Source: Bugula neritina (Eukaryota > Animalia > Bryozoa). From it: a DNA stretch of 64,000 bases. Where the stretch lies: positions 14,207,675-14,271,674 of the forward strand of contig OZ037768.1 in NCBI GenBank assembly GCA_964035545.1, given 5' to 3'. A model generated the notes under the pieces. It searched no databases and was not told where the DNA came from. It saw only the letters and a program-made list of their open reading frames with translations. Positions 51,001 to 63,600 of the stretch are shown piece after piece (within the stretch, counting starts at the first letter, position 1; the number at the start of each line of letters is the position of its first letter). The translations under genes and the position numbers were made by a program.

Positions 51001-54000
51001 AACAACTGCAGTAATCAACAAGAACAAATAATTAAACTTGAGGTTTTACACAAGGTATGTAGCATGATACCACAAAAAACAGGTGTAAAAAATTTTGGAT
51101 AGGATGATTCGGGTTTTTCAGCTCTTCCCATTCTTCAAGGATTTTTTTTTTAAATTATATAAAAGTTGGCTACCGATATTATAGCTATTTGTAATGAAGG
51201 ATTGATCAAAAACATAATAAAATAATTAAGAATGAGATGCTAATATACATTACTTTAGGTGTAATTTTGGAGTTTCAAAAATACACAGGTTTGGCATTTA
51301 TTTGCAATTTTTAAAATTAGCATTATCAGCTGTGAGTGAAACAAAGACATAAATCAAATATTAAAACAATCAAGGCTGCACATAACAGGATAGGTCTCCA
51401 GACTTGAAATTTTCAAAACAGCTGTCTCAGTGAGTTCTAGAAAGCTCTTTCTCAGAGCAAATATTAAAATATTTAAAACCTGTAACTTTGGTCAGATATG
51501 AAATAAATTGTGATTTTGAAAATAATAAAATGGTTGATGGTGATCAACATGATAAAAATAGGAGGAGAGTGCAATATTTTCCAATAAACTAAAAATTTTA
51601 TAGTATCTAAATAGTTAATTTTATTATATTTTACACAATTTTTACGCAAGCAAATGGTTTGTTGAGCATGAGTTTTTGTAGACACCTCGTTTCAGTAGAA
51701 GGTCATAAAACATTGAAATAACATTTTCAAATCTTTGTATTCCATTCATGATCTGCTATTCTACAAACTCAATAATTCATCCTGTTAAATCAACGCCATA
51801 AATATATCCATATTAGACATCAAATAACAAGTAAGCACTTGACCTTGACACTAGATGAGCTCTGACTATCGAGTATGCGTTTACTTCTTCTCCTTGGTAT
51901 AGATAAGTTAGTATGATAAGCTGTCGGTGATGGAACTACTAGCATATCTGGTTTAGTAGTGTTAGAAGTACTGGACTTTCCAAAGACTAATCTACTCACA
52001 GAGGCAGGTGATACCATAGGCTGTAAGTCAGCCGCACAAGTCAGCTGTATAATAACAAAGACATGCCACTATTAACATTAATATTACAAAAGGAAAATAT
52101 AAATATATTTAAAGCAATAAGAAAATACAAACCTTTTTAGTTGGAGCTGAGGGAATATCTTTAAAACTGATTGGGGCAAAAGCGGGAGTTGCAAAACTAC
52201 TGTCATATGTACCAGCAATAGGCGTGTCTAGAGGCAGAGTCCCAAAACTAAAGAATAAACATACAAGTATGATTAAACCTACAAAATTCCACATATAGAC
52301 AAAAACTGTACTGCATATAGTTGTTTACCTCTAAAGTTACACCACTTAATATAGAAAATAAGCTAACCTAAATAACTGTTGGGACTTTCTAATAGTGAAT
52401 TAAACAAATCCGCTATTATTCAACAAATAAAAAATACAAACGCCTACAATTGTTATTCTAACCTTAAGATCGAGTCAATATCTAGAGTCTAGACATGGAC
52501 TACTATGCTGAATGAAATGTTATAGCAAACAGCCAAACATTATTCAATTGAGATTTAAAATATACCTTTTTTAGACAGTAGGGAAAATTTCAGGGAGCTT
52601 GCTATACTTATACATAATATATTTTACAGCCGAAGTACAAAGTTGAAGCGCCTCAGATACATATAAAACTGTTGGCGAGAATATTTTCACTAATTAGCAT
52701 TACCAGAATATATTATGTAAATGAAGGTTTCCAAGAAACTTACATTAGCTGTTAGCTTAGCAACAAGTACATGCTCTATAGTCTATACTCTATACAATAG
52801 TAAGGACAACCAGCAACATTGTTTCAACTAGATCAGACAGATAATGTTAGACCGGTTTACACCCAGAACAAAGAGAGATGCTTAAAATACCTGGGAGAAA
52901 TCAGTGTTTGCTTGTCGTGGAGTTCCGATATAAACAACTTGCCAACCATTGGAGGTGATGAGGCAGAAAAACCACTATTACTGCCATTTGCTGGAGTATG
53001 AAAAGCAGTGCTTTCTACTTCATTGGACATTATACTGTCCTCTAATACTGAGATATTGTCTCCAGGTGAGTCAATCAAAGGTAGCTTACCCTAAATAAAA
53101 TGTATAATCCAATGTTTGCACACGACAACTTGCAAATAAAGTTATGCTTAGCTCTTCTTGTTTTATTCAATGAGGAACCAAAGCATCTACTAACCGTTGA
53201 AAGTGATGTACAGCTCTCTTTATTCTTTGTTTTAGGAGTTACTAAAGAGCTGCTCCCTACAGTAGCATATGGTGAAAATAGGACTGACTTGACACTGTTC
53301 ATAGCTTGTTGCACATGACCAGCTTGAAAAATTTTTTCTGGGTCAGGCTTCCCACCTAAAAATTATTAACATATAGTTTTATCAAACTTTACAACAGGAA
53401 CATGGACTAGTATATTTTTTTATAAATTCAAACCCAAGATTACATAAAACGAAGCTTGAATAGTACTTAAAGAAATATTTCTTGACTAAAATATTTATGT
53501 TTTACTACAACAGTTTTGTTACCGTAGTTCAATGATAACAAATTTAAATTACAGCATGACTATTGTGTGAGCACATTGGTGTCCATTGAGCATTTTCGAA
53601 GTGTTTCACTTCCATCAAAGGTAAACTTTGAAAAACAAATCTTAAGATTTATATAATGTTTTCGTGAAAAAGTGCTACAAGTTTAATTGAAAAAACACCT
53701 ATGATTTAAACAATATAGCAAAGAATAATATTTTGACTTAAAATGAAAACAATAAAACATTCTAAATGAATCAAAATAAATTCAAAAATGTAATCCCACT
53801 TTTGAAATACTTGAACTGGTTGCCAATTAATAAGTAAAGTTTAGTTATTGAGGTGAAAATTGTTATATCTGTTGGTATATTGAGTATATAAAGACAAAAC
53901 AAAACAAAATGACGAGGGATAAAAGTAAGAAGGTGATATGGTAGGATAACCAAAATGATCTTCAATTTAAATATGAGTTTTCAATGAATTACTAAAGACA

Positions 54001-56340
54001 TATACAAATAAAATATCTTGAAGATGCAAGGTATACCTAATTTGCATATGTTAGAAAAGCTAGACCATAGAAACGGATTGAGAGAAAGGCTAGCATAATA
54101 ATATTCCAAAGCTTTGTCCGGTCTTTCTGTCTTTCTACAAAAAAATACTGCATCAAGTGATATTGGTCCAGGCTTTGAAGTATGTTAGTATGTATTACCA
54201 TTTACCATAACATGTACAATTAGGCAGGTTTTTAGGGTGTACCTAATCATTACACCTGGCTTGATATTTTAATTGTTTGCTAATAACACAATGCATTATG
54301 TTGAAGCTCTGCATTAATCTACCAGCAGAGCCAAGTATAAATATATCTGCAAAACCATGAAACATTGAACCATATAATATAACTCAATATTTACAATTCT
54401 TATACCTAAAATTCAGTTATGCAAGGCTAAAAATAGATTTGAATTAAACTCGGATGTTGAAAGAAGCCTTAAAAGCCTTATAAGATGATGATAACTCCAG
54501 CTGCAAATGGAGACTGAGGGTCATGTTAAAAAAAGGGCAAGCCATCATCTATGATTTTAAACTGAGTAAACAACCTACCTGTATATGTCAGGTAGGAGAC
54601 TAATAGTAAACAACCTACCTGTATATGTCAGCTAGGAGACTAATAGTAAACAACCTACTTGTATATGTCAGGTAGGAGACTAATAGTAAACAAACTACCT
54701 GTATATGTCAGCTAGGAGACTAATAGTAAACAACTTACCTGTATATGTCAGCTAGGAGACTAATAGTAAACAAACTACCTGTATATGTCAGCTAGGAGAC
54801 TAATAGCGAAAGGTGCTGTATCTCCATACTCATCAGAAAAATCTTTTACAGTTTTAGACTTCTGTGGAGATTCATTCGTTAAGATTAGCTCTGCTTCATT
54901 TAATCTAGCAATACAGATTTGTGTTTAAAGACACTAGATATTAGTGATAACTTTGTATATAAAAATACTGACGATAATAGTGCATTTCTGGGAAAACACA
55001 GAGTGTTGTTCAAACATGTATAATATCGAACATTCGGTTAATTTTGTAGAAAAGAAACAATAGCTTGCTCTAAAGCCAGATTTCAACAAAAATCACTATT
55101 TCCAGAGAAAGAGAAAAAAAAAATTAAGTTAGCTAACCATAAGATGTCTGTTTAACTAGAAACTATTGACTTACTTTCCAACGTCAAAGCAACACATGCT
55201 AAACAGATACTTGCACCTAGCTGTAGGGTATCCATTGTTTCTTAGAAAACGATATGCCTGAGACTTCTTCCCGGCCTGATAGTAGCATGAAGCTAAGAGA
55301 AACAATGTGGAATCTGTAGATGCTAAAATAGAAACAATCAACCGATGAACGGATTTATAAGCACTGAGCAGTAAAATTATATAGTTATTTTTGTTTACAA
55401 ATACAATTCAGATGATTTCAACTTGATAAAAATATTCAGATACTAGCTTTTAAACTACTTATTTAGCTAGCATGTTATTATTTCACTAGTATGCTTTACC
55501 AACTTACTATACAACATATTTTAATATCAAGTAGAATATAATTCTAGACTTTAGAGCATGAAGTAATAAAATGACTTATTTAAGCTGTGAAACTGATATA
55601 GTAATTATGACAAATTATTCAGTAGTGATGACTTCAAACAGAAAACTTTTGGGGAACTTGAAATCTCAACTATGTTAACCTACCTTCAGCAAATAGTCTT
55701 TCACCAAGAAATATTGCATCATCATAATAGCAGTTGTTTAACGCAAGGACAATTGCTGCCTAAACAAATGCAGATAATAGTTATTTAATTAAAACGTTTA
55801 ATTGAACTACAAGTTTTACTTTGATTAGATACACAATAATCATATTACATTGTTGATTAAAACAACGCTAAGTTTTTCACTCAAATCCTTGAATAATTTT
55901 TGGAGTGCAAAACTTTTGCAAAATTGTCAACAATGAAAAGTGACATTTTTTAAAAGTGATCAACTCTCTAAAAATGACCTAAGTATTTGAGTCGAAGATA
56001 AATAGTGTTTGCTTTAACAAGCATTTGACTACATTTTAAGCTGATTGTGATTACCATTTAGAACATATTCAAGTATTCGTATTAAATTATACAAAATTAT
56101 TATCACTACAGAAGTCTTCAAAATGATGAAGCTGACTATAAAATTAAGTTGAAAATATACTATGTAGTATGTCAACATCTACAATAAACTTTAAATACAA
56201 AGATCATTAGTTCAAATTTGAGAGGATAACACATGAACAATAAAATTTATACTTTCAAAAGAAGTTGTAAAAACGTTAAATGCCTATTATAGTTGAAATA
56301 GAGTTTATTAAACCTGGACAGGATCTTGAGGCAATATCAT
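48027..56340 (-). CDS. CDC27: Cell division cycle 27 / APC3 TPR subunit, ~817 aa, 17 coding exons
   Basis: Exons 56314-56340, 55684-55759, 55175-55322, 54779-54904, 54037-54134, 53195-53355, 52891-53090, 52133-52247, 51844-52020, 50757-50952, 50149-50321, 49903-50055, 49503-49711, 49237-49354, 48852-49055, 48328-48493, 48027-48133 (2454 nt, continuous frame). Motifs DAIFLGERL, LNPFLWS, GNCFSLQKEHE.AIKF.QRAIQ, YAYTLLGHE, RHYNAWYGLG, WATDLDPKG. The middle low-complexity exons are less certain. Confidence 0.94.
48590..48840. repeat. Degenerate (AGT/GGT)n trinucleotide repeat, CDC27 intron 15
   Basis: Direct reading; source of the poly-L, poly-T and poly-V ORFs. Confidence 0.9.
54565..54806 (-). 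repeat. 40-bp tandem repeat x6 spanning the CDC27 exon 4/intron 4 junction
   Basis: Minus-strand unit CTATTAGTCTCCTAGCTGACATATACAG|GTAG(T/G)TTGTTTA, i.e. 28 exon nt plus 12 intron nt. Confidence 0.97.
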
Positions 56341-57988
56341 TTCCAGTTCTTTGATTAGTCTACTACTTCAGAATGATCTCATATTGCTGCTAGGCTAATC
56401 CAAATCTTTAAAAATATTAAACAATTACAGCAAGACACAACTAGTAAATTACATATGTAATAGTTTCACTACCATGAAGTAGAAGTAAAAAACTTGGTTA
56501 TTATAAAAACATACTAGAAGTACTAGCAAAAGAATATATCAGCTCAACACAGTAGCTTAAGAAAAGTCGGTAATTACTGTAATTATAATTGTAACTTAAA
56601 TATTCTTTGTAATGTGGAGTAATCAAACAGTGATGAATAATCTCCAACTGTTACAAGACAATTTCTGTCTGCTTCTTCTCAACAGACATTATTCTGCGTG
56701 TACATTTTTAGCCCGTAACTACATAATTATCATGACCACAAATAAATTCAAAAGTTGATGAATGCACTCAAGATAGCACTTGGAGTATAACATTGATGAA
56801 TATTTCTTTTACAATTATAACTACATTTTGATTGCAACCAACACACAGTTTTAACAGATAACTTATAAAATTTGGATCGTGGCTAAGATAAAACTATAAA
56901 ATTGTTATGGTACTTTATATCATGTATGTTTGGATAGCTGTTCTATAAAATTTGATTATAGTTTTATGAGTAAATATTTAGCATAAAAACTAATATACAT
57001 ATGTCAATGTTGACTAATTACTATCCCACTAATTTTAAAAATAGAAAATGCACATAAGAATATGGTTTTAAAGTTAATTACTACACAACAATGGACAATT
57101 TTAATGAAAGACTGAATTTAATTACCTGTCAGCCTAATCCTCCTATAATTTTAGTAAGTAAACACAATGGTTATCAAATAAGGATATTATATTCTTTGTA
57201 ACTCATACTTACTGGACAAAACAACTTACAAGCCTATCATACACTAGCGAAAATTTAAGCTAGATTTAAAAAAGCTAAATCTTCAGCTTAAAGTTACTAA
57301 AACTTCTGTAACTATCAATATGATTTTTGCTACTTAGAAACGAAACTATCTGCTATCTTATTGTTATTTGATTCATAATTTTATCAATGATACTTTGCTT
57401 ATATCAAATCACCATTATGAATAACTTTTTTTTGTTAATGTGCCCAGTGATAATAGCAACTATATAATCACATAATCATACTGCTTACAATAAGTTGGGG
57501 TTCATGATGGCAAAGTCAAACACATTGTGTCTACTATATAGTATAAGTAATACTCTGACTATATAAGTAGATATTAGTAACACTCCCATAATAGTTACCT
57601 CAAGCTTAGCTCACTATTTTTAAAATATAATTGTAAAAAAGACTGGAACTAATAAAAAAATACAAACCTAAATAGTAGATACTTTCACAATAAAAAATTA
57701 GCTTTGTAATAGGTAAATAACATTAAATATAACTATAGCTACAATCTACACTTAACAATGAATCAACTTTAATGGCATTAATTAGGCATTAAATTAAGTA
57801 TTAATAATGCTAGGCTTAATAGTATTACTGCTTATATGAAAAAGTTATAATTTATAGCTAATAATGATTATCAATTTATTATTATGCTATTACAATACCA
57901 ATAAACAATATTTTAACCATAACTCATTATCAGCACTATTTCAGCTTCAATTCTTATTAATTTAAATCAATTCTATTTTATAGCAATG

Positions 57989-58310
57989 TGTTATGATTTT
58001 GCGGGTTTAATGAAATAGACAAGTAGTCTGCATGCCAATACTTGTGATTGTTAAATAAAAGTCTTTGTAAAATGTTGATTCTAATAGCCTTTATTGATGT
58101 ATATAGTAGTTTCCTCTGCGAGCTCCAGTGTTAGACTCATTTGTTACAAAAAATGCTCGCCCTTATATACTGGCCAGAAAAATGCCTGCCACGTAGGGGT
58201 CCGAAGTCGGCCGAATTCGGAGTTCTGCCGTCCGAATTCGAATGGGTTCTGTCCGAAAATCGGACAGACTCCATCCGAAATCGTACCTTGGTTCCGAATT
58301 CGGCTCACAT
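57989..58310 (-). mobile_element. LTR remnant distantly related to the Gypsy-1 LTR
   Basis: Same collinear blocks as 11055-11400: TGT..ATTTTG(C/T)GGGTT, CTTTATT, TCCTCTGC..GAGCTCCAGT..TAGACT, GCTCGC..TTATATAC, then a CCGAA/TTCGG-rich array. Far end and TSD not found. Confidence 0.7.
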
Positions 58311-59542
58311 ACTTATTTATTTATTATACAAAGAAAAAGTAGCAGGGGAGAACAACTCAAATAATAACAAAAAAAGTGTGTGCTTGATTTCCACAACAAA
58401 TGTATATGCTTTTAATTGTAGTGAGAAAATACAAAAAGTAAAACTTAAAGCAAATATAGAAGCAAATATAAATATGACTGACTTATTTTGGGACTATAGT
58501 AATGAAGTGGTTCTACTTCTGAAATTACTCCTAATATTTAATAATGAAATAAAAAAAACAACTCAACGGTAATAGTTAACAATTACAATTACCATTAGTA
58601 TGAGTAGAACTATTAACTCTTTTTGCTTTATCTCAATATTAGTGCTAGAATAAGCATTACCAATAGTAATACTAATAGTGAGGTGCCATTACAAAAGTAA
58701 TACTATTAGCATTATCATTATTTTTAAATATCTCACATTACTCAATATAGATTATCATTACTAGCAGTCAGTGCATTTAGTTATTTAGTGCTTACTCATT
58801 AGTCATTAGACTTACTCTCAGTAATGTATAAATATAATAACTAATAATAAAACTAAAACTCAATTAAAGAAGTAATAACTATATGTAGAAAATTAGGCAT
58901 AAACATTAGACTTAGCATTACTATTATTACAAGTACAACTATTAATACTAATAGTACTATAAGTTATACTAATACTATGTAATTATAAGTATAATTACAA
59001 CCATTAGTATTAGTATTAAATATTTTGATTCACTCTTCCATTACCATTAGTATACGAATATGTATTAGATTTAGTACGGCAATCACAATGAATATAAGTA
59101 TCAGTTACTGTTAGATACGGTAAGTCAAAGCCAAAGTGTAGGTACAGTCATTATGATTATTAAATTATTGGTTCAAATTTATATTTAAATACTAAACTTA
59201 ATATTATAAACTTATTTATAATTTATTATCATCTGATAATAAATAAAGTTAAAATAAAATAGAACTTAAACTAACTCTTAGTCTTACTCTTAGCCTTAAA
59301 GTTAAATGCATAGCTATAAGTATAAATCTAATCAGTAATAGTAATTGGTTAGACTATTAACAATGAGTCGAATCAGTAAATCAAAATGAAAATCTAATGA
59401 TAATCACTATTACTAGTAGTATTACATTTACCATATCAAATCACTACCACTATTACTATTAGTATTACTATGTTACTGACTATGCCAATGTGAATGTCTC
59501 GGTCCATGTCTAACTCTATGGACTATGACTATATTGATAATG

Positions 59543-59644
59543 AAACTGAATGACTGATTGTCGATCACAATGGCAATGTCATAATCATAATTAGCATTAT
59601 GATTATGACATTGCCATTGTGATCGACAATCAGTCATTCAGTTT
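59543..59644. repeat. Perfect 49-bp inverted repeat with a 4-nt loop
   Basis: 59543-59591 is the exact reverse complement of 59596-59644; loop TAGC. Confidence 0.97.
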
Positions 59645-60610
59645 GTTATTAGTATCAGTATAACTATGAGTATGAGTATCAGTATGACTATGAGTATGAC
59701 TATGACTATCTCCAAGTCTATGAGTATAAGTATCACTATCAGTATGAGACTGAGTATCAGTATCAGTATGACTATGAGTACCAGTATGAGTATGAGCATG
59801 AGTATCACCATGAACATAACTATAAGTATAAGTATAACAGTAACTAATACTATCAGTCTATCACTATCACGTCTATCAGTATCAGTATGACTATGAGTAT
59901 GAGTATGACGATTTCACGGATTTGATAATTGATTTAAGTCCAACGTTGAATTTAATTATTCAAAATTATTGCTTTAAGTTCAAGTTTAAAAATTAAAATT
60001 AATTTTTACTTATAGTTATACTATAAGTATAACTATAAGTATAAGTATAAGTATAACTTATAGCTATAACTATTAGACAATTAGTATTACTATAAGTATA
60101 AATTAATTTTAATTTTTAAACTTAAACAGTTATACTGAAAGTCAATAGATCTTCTATCTAAAGTGCACAGTGATAACCATGAGGATTTTGTAATACTTGT
60201 AATACTCTAAAGGTGAGCTTCAGATTGTAATAAAAAATTAGTTATTGAAGCAACTTCAGGAATTAATGTATGCTTATGCTATCTTACCGTAGAAATTTAA
60301 ATCCACTCTATATGCATTTCATTGCCAATTCGTAGCCGATTACAACGAGTTGTCTTCTTTTCTCGAAGCAATTTCTCGATCGTGATGGGCATCTAAACAC
60401 TGCGAAAGGTTAAACTCTTTAATTCGCATTCTATTATATTTTAGAAGGGCAGTAAACCAAAGTATAGAGTAAGATTTGCAATGTTTTCAACAATAGGACA
60501 TTCGCTACATGGTTATAGTTATGCTAAGTGTTTATTATATTGATATAGCCTCTTAAATATTTTACATAATGTTTTTATTGAAATAGTGTGTTGACTCGAT
60601 CATGTAATAT

Positions 60611-63600
60611 TGTCATGGTTGTCGGAAGTAGGAGTCCTCCTGACCCCTGCTGAACATTGGTCTAGATATATTATAGTTCTGCTAGTTGTAACGTTTGCCC
60701 CTAGTCTTCCCGTTTTGCATACGGCAGACAGCGTGGACTGGTATATAATACTGTGAAGCTGTTCTCCAATCAGCGTAGACTAAAGCACCTGACCTAACCT
60801 TTATAAACAGTACCTTCCGGAGTGCACAGCAGAGCCGGCTAGACTAGTAACTAGATAGTTAACCTTCGCATTCTTGTGCCCTTGTCTTTTGATCAACTAA
60901 TGTGAAGCTTTTCTTAATTATATCTTGCTTATAAAATATATATACTTCCTCACGTTCCTGATCATTGGTTTGGTTGATTACATAACCTCCATGTGATGCA
61001 GTAATTGACAACATACAAAACAGACCCACAAAGTTATAGTTCTGAAAACTATAACATTGGTGGCAGCGGTGGGATCTTGTATGCAATGCAACTGCCATCG
61101 GAACAGTGAACCAGGATTAACATGGCAGAAAATGATACAGGAGTACCCTCAGCGGCAAAAGGGCATGCGCAACCTCCACGACCTATAGAAGGTGAGCCTA
61201 TACGTACAATAGTTCGAGAGGACCCCGCGCCACAAGGTGAGGAGGCATACAGGTATCGCCTGAAAGCCCCTATCTTTACTGGCCAGGAAAATGTCGAACA
61301 GTTCATTCAGGAATTCAGCGATGTAATAGCCATTACCCAATGGCCACCACATGTGGCCCTGATACAGTTGCAGCTAGCGTTGACGGAGAAGGCCAAGTCT
61401 TATGGGTTAGGACCTAAGATCGACGAGATCTTTGTTGCGCTGCGGGCCTGCTTCGGTATCTCCGCTGTAGACATCAGGGTCCGTCTGCAAGGGTTGCGGC
61501 GCGACCCGCGTTCATCTCTTCAGGAACATGCCGCTACGGTTAAGAAGCTGGCACAGATCGCGTATGGCGACTTGCCCCCTGTTAACCAAGAGTGTTACAC
61601 TTACAGTTTCTTAACGACCTGGGTCTCCATCACTAGCTTCTGGCAATGGAAGTCGTGACGGTCGAGGATGCCTTGCGCGACCGTGAGGCTTACCTGCCAC
61701 CTACCCAGCTACATAGGGGTCGCATGAGTTCCCGACAGGTTAATGTAGATCAAGCAAAGAATCACTATGACCCTTCTTCCACAACTCAGGTAGTGGCAGC
61801 CATCGCAAGCTCTCCATTAGATGCGGAGGTCACCTGCATGACTGAGATAGTGGAGAAGCTGGTGGCAGCCCTAACTTAATCCAAGGCAGCGAGCCCCGCC
61901 TGAAGACCCCTGCAGTCGCGGGCAACACCGCGGCAATGACCGTCTGCCACGTGCTGGGAATGTGGCGGTCGCAAACATCTCCGCTTGAAGTGCCCAAAGA
62001 TGAAGAGGTAGTTAAACTCTCACGGCCCGCGAATGTTTCCGCTCACCGCGGGCCGCGGGTGAGAGACTCTTCATCGGGGAACCGTCAGCCGTCCGTACGG
62101 ACGCGACGAGCAACCCCGCAAACATTGCAGGTGCCACGCAGGACAGGTCGACCGTACGGTCGGCCTGATACCTTCACTCTGCCACTCCGCAATAGCTTCG
62201 GCGGATTGCCAGAACCAAAATCCGAGGGGGACAAGAATCCTCAAGGACCTGTTCACAACTGTTGAAAGTTACGTCAGTCACAGCTCAAAGCGAGAGAGGT
62301 GTCTTCTGCAAAGACACAGCGCACTAGGGAGTACGGGTGCAACCCTACGGGGGCATCTACTTCTTATCAAGCAAAGTAGCCGGTAAGGCTGTCACCTTCC
62401 TGCTGGATTCAGGGTGTACCACGAGCCTCCTAAGTCGCCAGCTTTTTGACACCCTCAGCGCTAAAGATAAAGCTGAGTTGGGACCATACGACGGGGAAAA
62501 TGGCATGTTGGCGAACGGGTCATGTATTCCCTTCTATGGTATAGTTGAATTGACGGGACGTGTCCGGGATCAGGCTATCCAGGAGATGTTCATTGTCAGT
62601 CAACTCAAAGAGGATACTATCCTCGGGATGCCGTTCTTGGAGAGCCTCGAATGCCATATCGACTTTAGCAAATCTGCAGTGGTTATGGCTGGGCGTGAGC
62701 TCACCTGTGTCGACAAGTTCGGTCGTCCCCTAGTGCGAGGTGTGCAGGTAGTACAGAGCTGTACAATACCTGGCCGCTCTTGCGCCACTATCTACTGCAG
62801 GGTGAATAGTAGGCAGATCTCAGGACTAGGAGTGGTGAAAGGCGCGTACGATAGAATCCAACTTGCCAGCAGCTTAAATCAGTTGACTGCACAAGGAGAG
62901 ATCATAGTGCAGTGCATCAACCTTTTTACGGAGTCGATGGATCTGCCAGCTGGGTCCTTGGTGGGCCGGTTTCACTTCGTCCAAAAAGGAGATGTGAGGC
63001 CATCGTTGGGCGAGACAACGAATGACCCCTGTCGATCTCAGCAGGGAGGTCAGGGACCGATCCCGGCACACGTCAAGGACTTGTACGAAACAGCCTGTCA
63101 GAGCTGCACGAGCAACGAAGAACGCCTGGCCATGGCGAAGTTGTTGCAGGAGTACAAGGACGTGTTCAGTAGCGGAGACCATGACGTGGGCCTGACACAA
63201 GCTGTCTGTCACGAGATTCCTCTGGCTGCGGGAGCGGTCCCAATCCGGCAACCTACATGTAGGTTGGGACCGAAAAAGGAGAAGGTGGTGAACCGACAAA
63301 TCCGGGATCTTCTGGACCGCGGCCTCATAGAGCCAGCACACAGTGCTTGGAGCTCGCCGGTTGTTTTGGTCCGGAAGAAAGATGAGAGTTGGCGGTTCTG
63401 TGTGGATTACCGCAAGCTCAATAGCGTAACTATACAGGATGCATACTCTCTTCCCCGCATTGATGAGTGTCTGGATGCCCTGGCCGGCAGCAAGTACTTC
63501 AGTTCGTTAAACTTGCTTAGCGGGTACTGGCAGGTTCCCCCTTAGTTCTGATGCTCAGGATAAGGCTGCGTTTATAACGCGGGACGGGCTCTGGAAATGG

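Noticed and set aside
54028-54036. U12-type donor in CDC27 intron 5 (GTATACCTT)
   Set aside because: Does not match GTATCCTT, and I saw no clear U12 branch point.
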